Part shown: positions 22,461 through 35,370 of the stretch, piece by piece | Layout of the letters: each line of letters begins with the position of its first letter | Position numbering within the stretch: position 1 is the first letter of the stretch | NCBI GenBank assembly: GCA_001179505.1 | Contig: CDMY01000626.1 | Span: forward strand, 1-40,792 | Length of the DNA: 40,792 bases | DNA from: Vitrella brassicaformis CCMP3155 | Lineage: Eukaryota > Protista > Chromerida | Direction: 5' to 3' | Made by a program: the position numbers and the translations under genes | Notes under the pieces: generated by a model | Seen by the model: the letters and a program-made list of their open reading frames with translations, nothing else | Database searches by the model: none | What the model was told of the DNA's origin: nothing

Positions 22461-25400
22461 GGAGGGAGGGAGAGAGGGTATCTTCCACCGTCTCTCTATG
22501 CGTGCGTGTGTGGGAATGGGTGCAGTTGGGCCAGACGGTAGGCTATCGCATCAGCGGCGACTCGATGGTCTCCGGGAGGACCAAGCTTACGTTCGTGACC
22601 ACGGGATACCTGCTGCAGGTAGGTATTGCACCCATTCCTCCATGGCTTTTGACGGGTGCGTCTGTACTCGCCTGTGCAGGTGTTGGTGAACGACCCGAGC
22701 TACCTGCGGTCCTACAGCCACATCATTCTGGACGAAGTGCACGAGCGGGACCTTGACGCGGACCTGCTGAGGTGAAATGGGTGCGCAATACGTGTGGGTG
22801 CATGTGTTGACTTTGTGTATTGTGTGTGTCAGTTTGGTGATCAAGCTGCAGATGCACGCCCACCCGCACATGAGACTCGTCATCATGTCGGCCACACTCC
22901 AGGTCATCTTCTGCGCGTGCTGTGGCTGTGTTTGGATGTGCGGATGCGTCTTTCTTGCGTCGTGTGTCGGTCAGGGTGAGCTCTTTGCGTCCTACTTTGC
23001 CGTCAACAACATGACCCCCAACACCATCTTCGTCGGCGCCAAACGATTCCCTGTCCAAACCATATGTGCGTGCGCACCACAAGAGCACCCAGCACAGACA
23101 AACAAAAAATGCCACCCATGCACCCCTTCTCCTTGTCTCTGTCCATCAGATCTGAATCAGCTGACGAACATTCCCTCGTCGACCCACCCCTCCCACCACC
23201 ATGGCCAGCCCCACCCACCGCTGCAGCCAAAGGACTTCCCGCCACTCGACCCACACATGGCGGCCGCACACGGTAGGTATCCACATAGACAGAGAGAGAC
23301 CACCCACCCACCCACCCACCACATGGAGGGTGTCTTATGTGTGTGCAGGTGGTGGTGCTCACGCTCATCAGCAGCATGAGCTGCTGCTGGCCAACGGCAC
23401 TGTGGTGGAGAACCTCCTGGCGCGCAAGCTGGGGCCCGGCCGCACTCAGCTGCGGCTCACCAGCAACAGCAAGGGGGTCCTCACACAGGTACTCACGCAC
23501 GCAGACGCACCTGTGTGTGTGTGTGTGTCCGGCAAGTGTCCATCTCCCTCCCTCCCTCCCTCCCTCCCTCGCTCGCTCCCTGTGTGTGCAGACGACTCGT
23601 GAGTTCGATGATGCCGCCGCTCCCGATCGCAAACGTGGCAAAGGGAACCAGCCACAGCCACAGTACATGAGGAACCGATACGAGCAAATGGTGAGTAGGT
23701 GTGAATCACCCCGCCGCCCCCAGCACACACAACATGACATGACATGACATGGTGTGTGTGCGTTTCTTTATAGGAGGAGGATGGCGACCAAGACGAGAAC
23801 GACGACGACGCCGACTTCCGCAAGATGGACTCGCTCGGGGCGGACGTCACACACGCACTCATCGACACCAAAATGCAGCCAAACATCCTCAAGGTGCGTT
23901 GTTGCGATGCTCAATTGTTTGTCAACACACGGATGGATGGATGGATGGATGTTATGTGTGCATTAAGGGGCTGGACACCGTGTGTTACGACCTGATCCGC
24001 AACCTGGGCATCGGCGGCGAGTCGATTCTCATCTTCCTCCCCGGCATCGGCGAGATCTCAGAACTCTATGAGACACTCGCAAACCTGGAGGTANNNNNNN
24101 NNNNNNNNNNNNNNNNNNNNNNNNNNNNNNNNNNNNNNNNNNNNNNNNNNNNNNNNNNNNNNNNNNNNNNNNNNNNNNNNNNNNNNNNNNNNNNNNNNNN
24201 NNNNNNNNNNNNNNNNNNNNNNNNNNNNNNNNNNNNNNNNNNNNNNNNNNNNNNNNNNNNNNNNNNNNNNNNNNNNNNNNNNNNNNNNNNNNNNNNNNNN
24301 NNNNNNNNNNNNNNNNNNNNNNNNNNNNNNNNNNNNNNNNNNNNNNNNNNNNNNNNNNNNNNNNNNNNNNNNNNNNNNNNNNNNNNNNNNNNNCCCCCCC
24401 CCCCCCCCACCCCTCTCACACACATACACTTTAGTCTGTCTATGTGTGGGTGCATCAGGCTGACACGGAAGAGTTGGATCATGACGAGAGCCAGCCCGCT
24501 GGTGGTGGTCCGTCCCTGATGCGTGACCACTCGTCGCCCCTGCCGCTGCTTCACCAGCAACAGCACGCCATGGCGCACCACCACCACCACAGGTAGTCAC
24601 TCGTGTGTGTGTGTGAGGGTGTACATTTGTTGTGTGTGTGGGTGTCTGTATGGCTCCCTGTCGCTCTCTCTGTGTGTGTGTGTGTGTGTAGGCCTCGTTA
24701 CAAGTATCGCCTGTTTGTGCTGCACTCGCTGATCGACAAGGAGGAGCAGGAAGCCGTGTTCAGCCCACCGCCAAACGGTGAACAGACACACAACACACAC
24801 AACACGCACACACACACACACAGAGGGAGAGACCAGACTCACACATATGTCTACAGACACGGTCCACGTGGTGCTGGCCTCCAATATCGCCGAGAGCTCC
24901 CTCACCCTCCCTGCCGTGAGGGTCGTCATCGACTTCTGCCTACACCGGCGACTCGTGCACGACAAGCGGCGCCACATGTCGGCACTGCTCCGGTCCTGGA
25001 CGTCTCACGCCTCATCCCAGCAGCGGGCCGGCAGGACCGGCAGAGTGTTTCCGGGAGTAGCCATACGACTGGTGTGCTTGATACACCTATACACAGACAC
25101 ACACATACGTGTGGATGCGTGTGTGCAGGTGAGCGACAAGTTCTACCACAACTGCATGAGCAAGTTCGACCCGCCCGAGATGGAAGTCGCGCCGCTCGAG
25201 AAGCTCTACCTGCAGGTAGGGGCGGGACAGCACACAGATGTGTGTGTGGATGGATGTGTGGGTGTGGGCTTGGGTTTGTGGGCAGGTGAAGCATCTGGCC
25301 GTGAAGCTCAACGCCGCTCAGAAGCAGTTCAGCACGCCCAAGGAGCTGCTCCGTATGACAGTGCAGGTACCCACACACATATCCTCAGTCAATGTCCGTC

Positions 25401-28400
25401 CACACAGCACCATACGTGTCCCTTTCTGTGTGTGCGCCAGCCGCCCCCCATGGATGCGCTCGACGCGGCCCTGACGACCCTTGACGAGCTGGGCGCCCTG
25501 ACCAACAACCACCGCAACGAGGACGCGGGCATCACCCCACTTGGCGCGCTGATGATGACCCTGCCGCTGGACATACACCTGTGCAGGTGGGGCAGCCGTG
25601 GACCATGGCCATCAAAGATGCGCTTCCATCCAGCTGATGTGTGTGGGGGGGTGTGTTGCAGGTTGGTGCTGTTTGGTTTCATCTTCGGCTGCCCCTGCGA
25701 CGGTATTGTGGTCGCCGCAGCAGTCTCAGCACAGGTACGCACCTATCCCTTCCGTCGCTTCGCGCGCACACACACGAAGCGCAGCAGAGCCGACGCATGT
25801 GGGAGTTCGTGTGTGGGTGGGTGTGAGTAGGACCCCTTCACGATGCCGTCCCATCTGGTGATCAAAAACCCTGCTGAGTTCGGTGCGTCCCTGCAGAAGT
25901 CGCTCCTCTCTCGCGCACACTTCGACGCCAACCACCACTCGGAGCCGCTCATGCTGCGGTAAGGACACGCACAAGTGTGTCTCCGTGTCTCTCTCTCTCT
26001 GTCCCTATCTGTGTGTGTGTCATGTCATGTCATGTCATGTTGTGTTGTGTTGTGTTGTGCTGCGCAGGAATGTGTTTGTGGAGTGGCTGTTGCGTCTCGA
26101 GGAGCACCTGCTGCACAAACACAGGAACCAGCCCAACTGGCAGCGGCAGAACGGGTGTGTGCGGACGGACCGGACCGTCCCCCACCTTCAGAAAAAGCGT
26201 CTGTGCACGCCCCGCCTCTCTCTGTCTGTGTGAGTGGGTGCAGGTACCGACCTCCACGTGGCGGGGGCCGCGGCGGCGGGATGCGCAACGTCACGCAACA
26301 AGTTAGATCCACCTCGAGAGTCATGAAGGTGCCCTCACACCATCCCACACAGCACACAGCACACAGCACACACCACACCCACTCGTGTGTGTGTATACGT
26401 GTGAGTGTTTGTCATGCAGCGGGAGTACATCCAGGTGTCTCGTGAGTTCGGCCGCGACCACGCGGTGATCCCCAAGCGGCTCACGCAGCTGGCGCTCACC
26501 ACACTGGACATACTGCAGCGAGTCGACAAACTCATCCCCGACGTCGAAGGTACGTCCCCACACGGACTGCACCGCATGGGCGGGCACGCGCTACGTGTTG
26601 TGTTTGTTGCTGTCTTGGGTTACGGTAGGTTGTCCGCTGAAGCGTTCGGTTGGCATCTTGCTGGACCTGCTGCAGGGGCTGCCGCCCTGCCCCAATGTGT
26701 CCATCGCCGAGCTCTTCCCGTCCATCAAGGTAGGTATTCCACCCGGGCCCTGCGGGGACTGACACATACGCGAACACGAAGTGACGGATCTACACGTGTG
26801 TATGCGTCTTTGGGTGGGTGGGTGTGGTGTAGGAGAAGAACGAGTACGCGCGCCATCCCGACCACGATTACTCCGTCGGCGCGCTCTTCACGGTGAGGCG
26901 CCAACCAACACCTACACACCGTGCTCTCACTCCATCCATGTGTGTGTGTGGTTGTGTTGTTTGTGCACTCAGAGGGACATGCGCCTATTCCGTCTGCTCA
27001 TCTTCGCCTCATTCACACCTCAGTTCATCGTCGGCAGCCCGAAAGTACCACCACACACACACATCACGCACACACAAGGATCCCACACATGTGTGTGTGC
27101 AGGTGTATGCCCCCGATGGGATGGGTATGGACGGCTCGGCCGACTGGCAGATGAACGCAAACGACAAAAACACCAAAGCCGTCGCCAAACAAGCCAAGAT
27201 CCTACAAGGTCTGCTTCCTTGCTCGCACATGTCTGTTGCTGACCACATGCATGGGTCTGTGTGTGGGGGATGGGTGTGATGTCAGATATGCATGCTCGTG
27301 GCATGGGCAACATGATCGACCGCACCGTCGTGCTGAGCATGATCCCGCGGGACCTCTCCCTGCCCGAGCTCGAGACGTCGCTCAGACTCATGTGCCCCAA
27401 CCTACGCCTATCACTGCAGGTTACCTTTCCCCCATGCACCCACCCACCCACACCCGCACACACACATACAGACACTGCTCGTTGTGTGCCTGTCTGGCTG
27501 GTTCATCAGACGCTGGAGTCCCAAGTGCTTGTGACCTTTCCCGCCTGCTCTGCCAACGATTTCATGTCTCCCTTCGGCCCGCCCAATCCACCACCCGGCC
27601 CTTTCGGCGCCAACAGCCGCGGAGGAGGATACCCACCCATCCCTGCCATGATGCCCTCGCCGCCCCCACTGCCGTCGCCCAGCAGCTCGTTTTATAGTCA
27701 GCCCGCCAACAACGAGAGGGAGATGGTGGGGTATGAGCCGAGAGACGACAGACAACAGCAGCAGCAGCCGATCGGAGAGGACGATAACCTGCGGAACGCG
27801 CGGGGGCTGCTCAGGGGGATGCCCAAGCCGCCGCTGGGCGGGCACATTGTGAAAGGTGCGGTGCGCCTTTGTGGCGCGAATATGGACGGATGGATGGACG
27901 GATGGATGGATGGATGAGCGCGTGTGTGCGCAGGTGACGGAGTGATCGCTTCTCTGGACCTGGCGGCGCACCTGCTGAACCAGTTCGGGATGGGCAGATG
28001 GTCAGCCACCAACACCGACACACAGACAGCTCACCCATTGATGTGTGTGTGTGTGTGTTCGCGGGCTCGTGTGTGTGTGTGTGTGTGCTCAGGAAGTTCA
28101 CGATCCCGTTGCCGCTTGACGAGCCGGTTGCGTCGTTCAAGCAAGACAGAATGCAGCTAGACACCAACGAGGACAGATACATCGACTTCTACAGGTAGGT
28201 ACCCACACACGCCATATCTACCAGCCCCCCCCCNNNNNNNNNNNNNNNNNNNNNNNNNNNNNNNNNNNNNNNNNNNNNNNNNNNNNNNNNNNNNNNNNNN
28301 NNNNNNNNNNNNNNNNNNNNNNNNNNNNNNNNNNNNNNNNNNNNNNNNNNNNNNNNNNNNNNNNNNNNNNNNNNNNNNNNNNNNNNNNNNNNNNNNNNNN

Positions 28401-31400
28401 NNNNNNNNNNNNNNNNNNNNNNNNNNNNNNNNNNNNNNNNNNNNNNNNNNNNNNNNNNNNNNNNNNNNNNNNNNNNNNNNNNNNNNNNNNNNNNNNNNNN
28501 NNNNNNNNNNNNNNNNNNNNNNNNNNNNNNNNNCTCCCTCACACACACTCGTCCATCTCTCTCCATCTCTCTCTCTGTGTGCGTGCGTGCGTGCGTGCAT
28601 GTGTGTGTGTGTGTGTGTGTGTGTGTGAAGGCGCAAGCTCGAGATAACCAAGCCCGCCCACCCTTATGCGTTGGGGTGGGACATCGTCGCCGGCACTGCC
28701 GTCTACAACTTCGATGGCGTCAACATGAGACCTAGCGCAACTAGCTCGGGTGCGCTGCACCATCGGACGGCACGGCACAGCACACATCGTCTCATGACTG
28801 CCTTGGTGTGTCTGTGTGTCTGTCTGACAGGTGCGCAAAAGCAGAAGAAAAAGGCCATCAAGGGCTGCTGCAACTTCAGAAACCCCATCGGTGAGTCAGT
28901 CGGTACCCTCACACACCACACCTGTCTGCGCCGAGATCCATCTGTCGGCTGCGCCTGCCTGTCGCAGGGTTTGCGGCTGCCTGCCCGCCTGACAACAACA
29001 CCGCCAAACAGCCGAAAGAGGTGTTCGGCGTATTCGTCGCACAACAAGTAGCCCCACCACCCACACACACATAGCCACCCACACACGAGTGGACACATGT
29101 GTGTGTGTCTGCCGATGTGTGTGTGTGTGGTCAGGGCACCGACTCGCCCGGCCTGACGTGGATCGAGGGCGTGACGCTCGTCCCGCCCCACGAGTTCTTC
29201 ACCTCCCTCCTGGCCTTCTCACGGCACCACTACGACATCCACCTCATGTGCGAGTTCACCCTGCATAAGGGGACCGTGCTCAAAGGGTGAGCGTGAGTTG
29301 AGTTGAGACCAGCCAGCAGACACACGTATGTCAAATGTGGGTGTGTGTGCTCAGTATGCGTCTGTATGACAATCTGCGGGAGTGGAGTTTCCCGCCGTGG
29401 GACGACGGGCCGATTCTCACACTCACCGACCTGCTCAGGATCAACCATGTACACACACACACATACATAGACACACACGCACGTGTCATCCATCCATCCA
29501 TCCATCCATCCATGTGTGTCTGTGTCTGCACACAGGTGCGTCGGTTGATCTCAGACGCCTTCGGTCCCGTTTCTGTGCACCAAGAGCAGCCGCAGCACTC
29601 GGTGAGTGGGTGGATGGGCACGTGCTGACGCTGTCCGTGTCGCTATTTCTCTGGGTGGGTGGTGTCTCGTGGGTTGTGTTTGTGTATGTGTCAGGCGAGT
29701 GCGCTTGGCCCGCGCGAGCGAGAGGAGACCGAGGTGGCGGTGCTCACCAGCATGGCCGAGAATGCCACTCGAGTGCAGGAGGCACTCAATGTGGTCAGCG
29801 GATCAACAGCCACACGCACACAAATGCATGTGTGTTTGCCTGTGTGTGTGGATGTGGGCAGATGTTGGACTATCTCCACTCACCCGAGTGCGATGAGCAG
29901 GACTACTCATGGATGGCTGACGTCGGTCCCCCAAGGCCCGACTCATACGACGGACTCGGCAGAGAACTCATCCGGTACTCTCAAGCAACCCCCCCCCCCC
30001 CCCCCCCCCNNNNNNNNNNNNNNNNNNNNNNNNNNNNNNNNNNNNNNNNNNNNNNNNNNNNNNNNNNNNNNNNNNNNNNNNNNNNNNNNNNNNNNNNNNN
30101 NNNNNNNNNNNNNNNNNNNNNNNNNNNNNNNNNNNNNNNNNNNNNNNNNNNNNNNNNNNNNNNNNNNNNNNNNNNNNNNNNNNNNNNNNNNNNNNNNNNN
30201 NNNNNNNNNNNNNNNNNNNNNNNNNNNNNNNNNNNNNNNNNNNNNNNNNNNNNNNNNNNNNNNNNNNNNNNNNNNNNNNNNNNNNNNNNNNNNNNNNNNN
30301 NNNNNNNNNCCCCCCCCCCCCCCCCTCACTCATTCCATCTCTCTCTCTCTGTGTGTGTGTGTGTGTGTGTCTTTAGGCTAGGCGAGGACAGGGAGCAGCA
30401 GTCGCAGAGGCAGGGGGGCGGGAAGAAGGGCAAGAAAAAGGGCGGCGGCGGTGGGCAGGCCAACCAGTTGGGCGCGCCGCAGCTGCTGGATGTGTTCGCC
30501 TTCGACACCGCGCCACCGGAGCCGGCTGACGGCGTCAAGATGTGGGAGTTCTTCCGTCCTCTCGCTCTGCGGCAAATGGGCAACTGCCAGGTAACCCCGC
30601 CCACACACAGACATCCATCCACACACTCGTATATGCCCTCTCTCCCTCTGTGTGTGTGTGTGTATGCAGATGGACCAGAGAGCGCGGGAGCTCAACGCGA
30701 TCCGCTCGCAGATGGCCAAGCAGCGAGAGAGAGAGCTGCAGGTGGAGAGGCAGCGGCAGAAGGCCGAGAACAAACGCATCACCGAGCAGCAGCAGGCCGC
30801 CGCGCTGGCCAGAAAGCAGCAGCAGCAGCATCACGCGAGAGGAGGGCGGGGCGGCAAGCACTTCCGAGGCGGACGCGGAGGTGCTGGGGGAGGAGGCATG
30901 CACCCCTACCACCAGACACACCATGGCCACCACCACGGGCACCACCAGATACCGACTCACCATGGCCACATGCCCCGCCCGCATGTGATCCCCCCACCAG
31001 CACCAGCGCAACCCCCCAGCGCGCCGCCAGGGTCGTTCTATGACAGCTTCTCGACTGCGTCATATCCACCAGCCCCACCCGCCCCTGCAGCACACCCCTA
31101 CCACGGGTATGGTGGCCGGTTCCCACAGCCAACACAGCCGCGGGCCCCACAGCCGTCACACACACAGCCGCCCCCGCCCCCCGTACCTGCACAACCGTCT
31201 GCACCCGCACCTGGCCCAGCACCAGCTGCGGCGATGCCCCCGCCGCCCATGAACGTGAATATGAGTATGAATGTGAATGGGCAGAACCAGTATGGCTATG
31301 GCGGCCAGAGTCAGTTGTACCAGCAGCATCAGCAGCACCAGGCCCCACAGCAGCATCACAATGCCGCTGCCTTTGCCCACGGCCAGTACATGCAGCATCA

Positions 31401-31470
31401 GCAGCACCAGAATCAGGGAGGAGGCTACCCAGGGTGGCAACAGCAGCAGCAGGGCTACTACAGGGAGTGA
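21671..31470 (+). CDS. DExH/RHA-family RNA helicase, Spindle-E/TDRD9-like, multi-exon (>30 exons), with low-complexity termini
   Basis: Motif I GETGCGKST (22160-22186), Ia TQPRRLA, II DEVH (22731-22742), III MSAT, IV FLPGIGEI, V ASNIAESSLT, VIDFCL (24925-24942), VI QRAGRTGR (25021-25044), then an HA2-like region. The three N gaps fall within introns whose flanking exon phases agree. Confidence 0.93.
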
Positions 31471-33295
31471 CTCAGGGAGGGAGGAGCAAGGGGGGCATTT
31501 TTGTCAGCACACGCACACGGTGACCACGATTTTTGCTGCCAGCTGGCTTGGCGCATACAAGACCGAGGGAGGGGCACGTGTGTGTGTGTGTATGTATATT
31601 ACCGCGTCGTAATTCGTGCGTCGGTGTGTGGTCGACTGACTAATTGAAGCGGAGGGATGACGTGTGGACTTGTGTGCTTTTGGTGTCTATTTTTCCGCGG
31701 TGCGTGCGTGTGCGGCGTTCCCTCCTTCATTCATACGATGAAAGAGGCGAGGGACGTGGTTCGGTTCGGTGCATTGTGGTGTGCGCAGCAAGGCAAGCTT
31801 GGAAGAAGAAAGCCACGCATCAGTCGCCTTGGTCCAGACAGACAGACACACTGACATCAGTGTCCATCCACAATCTTCTTTATTTTTGTGCCTTTCTCTT
31901 TCATTCGCTCATTTCTCTCCCCCTCTGTTTGCCTGTCTTTCTGTCTACCCGTCTTTCTCTGGCTGTCCCTCCCTCGTGAATGTACAGCCCCCTAAATCCC
32001 CTCCCCCACCCCGCTACACGTAGGTCTGTACCCTCATGCCCCCATGACCCGGTGAGCGAGTCAATTGTCTACGAGTGCGTCTATCTGCTCCTGTCGTTAG
32101 TATACAGGGGATGGAGGCACACAAGCCGGGCGGGCGGGCCGCAGCAGGTGGCGGGCAGGGGAGGGGAAACTGCCCGTTTTGATCTACCTCTCTGGCTGAC
32201 TCACTCTGACTCATTGACAGTTTTGCAGTGGACGGGACGGGAAGGGGTGGGGGGCCCTTTTGTATCATGGACGGAGAGGCGTCGGGAGGCGCATACGTGC
32301 TCGCTGGGTCATTGGCTGACGGACACGGCTAACGGAGGATCGTATGTCGTGTGGCGTGTATGGTGTGGGGGAATTCGGCAGTTTTGACCTGGTCTGCTGT
32401 GATTGCTACAATCGATCGTAAACATAGCTCTCCGGCCGCGCCTCATACTGGCCTCATCATGGTCATACCACCGGAGGCCACCAACCATGGCGCACAGACC
32501 AGCAGGAACCAGGTAACCAAGTCCCTGCGGAAAAAATCACAGTGCCACCATATGCATCGTCATACTTCTCGTACATCGTAAATTCACGACGGTTGCGCCA
32601 ATCGTCGTGAATCTACTCAGACGTCTTCCACTGAGGTGTAAACGTAGGTCGAGGCGTTGTGGCCTTGGGAGCGAGTGTGACTGTTCTGATGGCTGACGTC
32701 AATTCATGGGCCGGCATCGTCGCCGTGAGCGGCATCGGTAGGCAGGCGAGCCGCGAAAACACAAAACACGCATTGCAATACGTGAGTTCTCATTCCTTCG
32801 CTGCTCGATCGTTTGGTGCGTGTCTTGTTGCGTCTTGTCGTGGTGTGTGTGCGAGAGAGAGAGAGTGTGTGAGCGCAAGTGGGATGGCTGCTGTATGAGG
32901 TTGGCCTCGCCCTTATCGCCCTGACTGATGTGTGCTCGATGGACACATGTGATTGATGCGCGTGATGGATGTCGGTGAATGTTTCTGTGTGTGGTGAGAG
33001 AGAATGACCACTGCATCTTGACAATTGAGAAATTCCGCCACGCACACACACACACATTCAAACACATTCACACACTGCAGTCCGTCTGCGTCAATCCACT
33101 CCAGCCCCTCACCCTTGGCGCCCCTTCGTCTCATCCCATTCAGGCAGGCACACCATCCACAATGCATCCACAAACTTATCTGTCTGTCGGTCTCTCAAAC
33201 AGCCATCCTGCCTGCCTCCCATCTGCTGCTCTGGCGTGGCAAGACAGGCAGGCAGACAAACAGGGTCTCTGTACACTCGAGAGTTGAGAAATGAG

Positions 33296-34728
33296 TCAGT
33301 CTACGGCTACGGCTAGCAGACTGCCAAACGCCACCTGTGCGTCGGCTCCCATCACCTGCTGCGCCACCCTCACTGTCTCGGGGAACCTCGCGGCACCCTT
33401 CTTGCCATCCACCGGCCGCTCCGTCGTGTAGAGTTGGGCGGAGGCATAGGACACGTAGGGGTAGTTGATGCTGTTGATGGAGATGTCGGCCTTGAAGGTG
33501 TGGTCCGGCTGATCGCCGCGCCGTGCAGCACTATCACGCGCTGGCGGCGTCCTTCCGCCGCCATGCTGCGTGTGCCGGTGGTGCGGCAGTTCCACACGGG
33601 CGGCTGCTGAGTGGCGAGCTGCCGCTGAAGAGAAAGTGAGATATGACAATGAGTGAGTGGGGCAGCTGGTGAGGCAATCGTGTGTGTGTGTGTGTGTGTG
33701 TGTGACTGACGAGTCGCTCGTAGCCTGGGGTATCCCTGTGCTGCCAGACATCCTGGGCCGCGACTCGCGACTCTCCCCATGGCAGAGGACGCATGGATAT
33801 CCTGATCAGACACACCATGGCAGAGCGGTGCAGCCAATGTGTTCGTGTGTGTCATTCTGGTCGTTTTCCTCACTCATACAACACAGCGTCGCGAAGTGAA
33901 GCATAGGCAAAATCTGCCAAGAGCCACACACAGCCAGACGATCTGTTAGTTTTAGCTCTCCCTTCCCCTCCCTCACCTTCAATCTCACACACGGGCTTGG
34001 CCGGGTCGAAGATATCGCGGAAGTGGCTGTCGGCCGGCAGCGTCTGCAGTGTGCGGATGGTCAGCCGGCACCCATTCAGCCGCTCCTCGCCGTTGTTGTC
34101 GCGCTCCAGCCTCACACCGAGGTGGCGCTGGATGAGTGACAGCTGCCGCATCGCCGCACACCGCCCGTCGAAGACTGCCCGGCTGCCCACCCCCTCCACG
34201 TCAGCATTGCCCACCTCTATCGGCAGTCGCCGCTCCACCCGCCCCCGATGCTTGGCCAATCTGATGATGGGGACCGTCGCCGCCCAGTCGCCGCTGTGGT
34301 CGATGAAGTACGCCAGCTGCAGCAGCAGGTCGATGGACGTCAGGTGAGGGGAGAGGGCGATGATGCCTGTGAGGCCCTTGGCGACGAGCTGGCCATCCAT
34401 GTGCTCCTTGACCTTCTCGAGCACAGTGCTGGTGATGCCTTCCCGGTTCTGGTCGTCGTTGATCTGTGCGATGAGTGCTTGTCTGGTGGGCTCCGAGTGG
34501 GCGGCCTTGCTGATCACCAGGGACCGCAGTCGCAGTCGTGGAGGGGTGGTGGGGCGGACGTGGCCCGATGAAATCAACATTGCCTGACGGATGAACCGAA
34601 CCGACAAGAGAGCGACAGAGCCACCGTGGTGCATGCCTGGCACATGATCTGTCTGTGAGTGCAGCCCTTCATTCACCTGTGGCTGAGGCAGGTCGGCTAC
34701 TTCAGCAGAAGCAGATGATGATGATCAT
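33296..34728 (-). pseudogene. Probable pseudogene of a lineage-specific multigene family (unknown function)
   Basis: Exons 34728-34677, 34583-33977, 33913-33874, 33801-33711 and 33624-33296. Exon 1 is 1 nt out of phase (atg-a-tca-tca-tca). The last exon has a 5-nt tandem duplication (cgccgcgccg, 33514-33523) separating VIVLHG from DQPDHTF. Confidence 0.7.
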
Positions 34729-35370
34729 GGCTTGCGCCGAGCCTCCACTCCTGACACTCCTGGACAGGGGAATCGCTGAGCTCGCAAAACCCTGCGTTCC
34801 AAACCCCAAACCCCAGCTGGGGTTGTGGCGTATTTGGTTTCCCCTCTCAAGTGTTGGGATCTCAATCAGCTAGGAAGAAGGTCCAAAGATCCATCACCAC
34901 GAACGCTCGCAAAGATCGCCTGTGGATGCGGTGAATGTGTGTGCTGGTTTGGCAGATACGTGTGTCGAGGAGGTGTCTTCCGAGTCCGTCGAGCAGCGCC
35001 GCACACAGACAGACCAGGTGGATGACGCGTGTGCAGAGATCTGCTCTTGACTCATCCACTTCTTCTCATCCATCTCTATCTTTCACTCTGACGACTGGGA
35101 GCCCTGACGAGGGATGAATCAGAGGATCCTCATCCGTCAGCCCGCTGCAGCAAGGTCTCTCTATGACAAGAGCTCTTGACGCAGACAATTCATGGGATCG
35201 GCTTGGTGTGGTGTGCCTCCAGGTGACGGCAGAATGATTGATGCTGGATGGCTATAGATTTTGAGGAACGAGGCTGAGGATACGTGGACCCGTCGGCCAT
35301 TGTTCATTGTCCTGGTCATGTGCTTGTGATGTGGTGTGTGCAGTAAGCGCCTGGTTGATCGTGTGGCCTG

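Noticed and set aside
29382-31043. 553-aa ORF and the other ORFs running through N gaps
   Set aside because: They are open only because N codons cannot be stops; the real exons lie in mixed frames of the helicase gene.
32618-32633. 16-mer cagacgtcttccactg repeated at 39987-40002
   Set aside because: The flanks do not align, and a single 16-mer match is not unlikely by chance in 40 kb.
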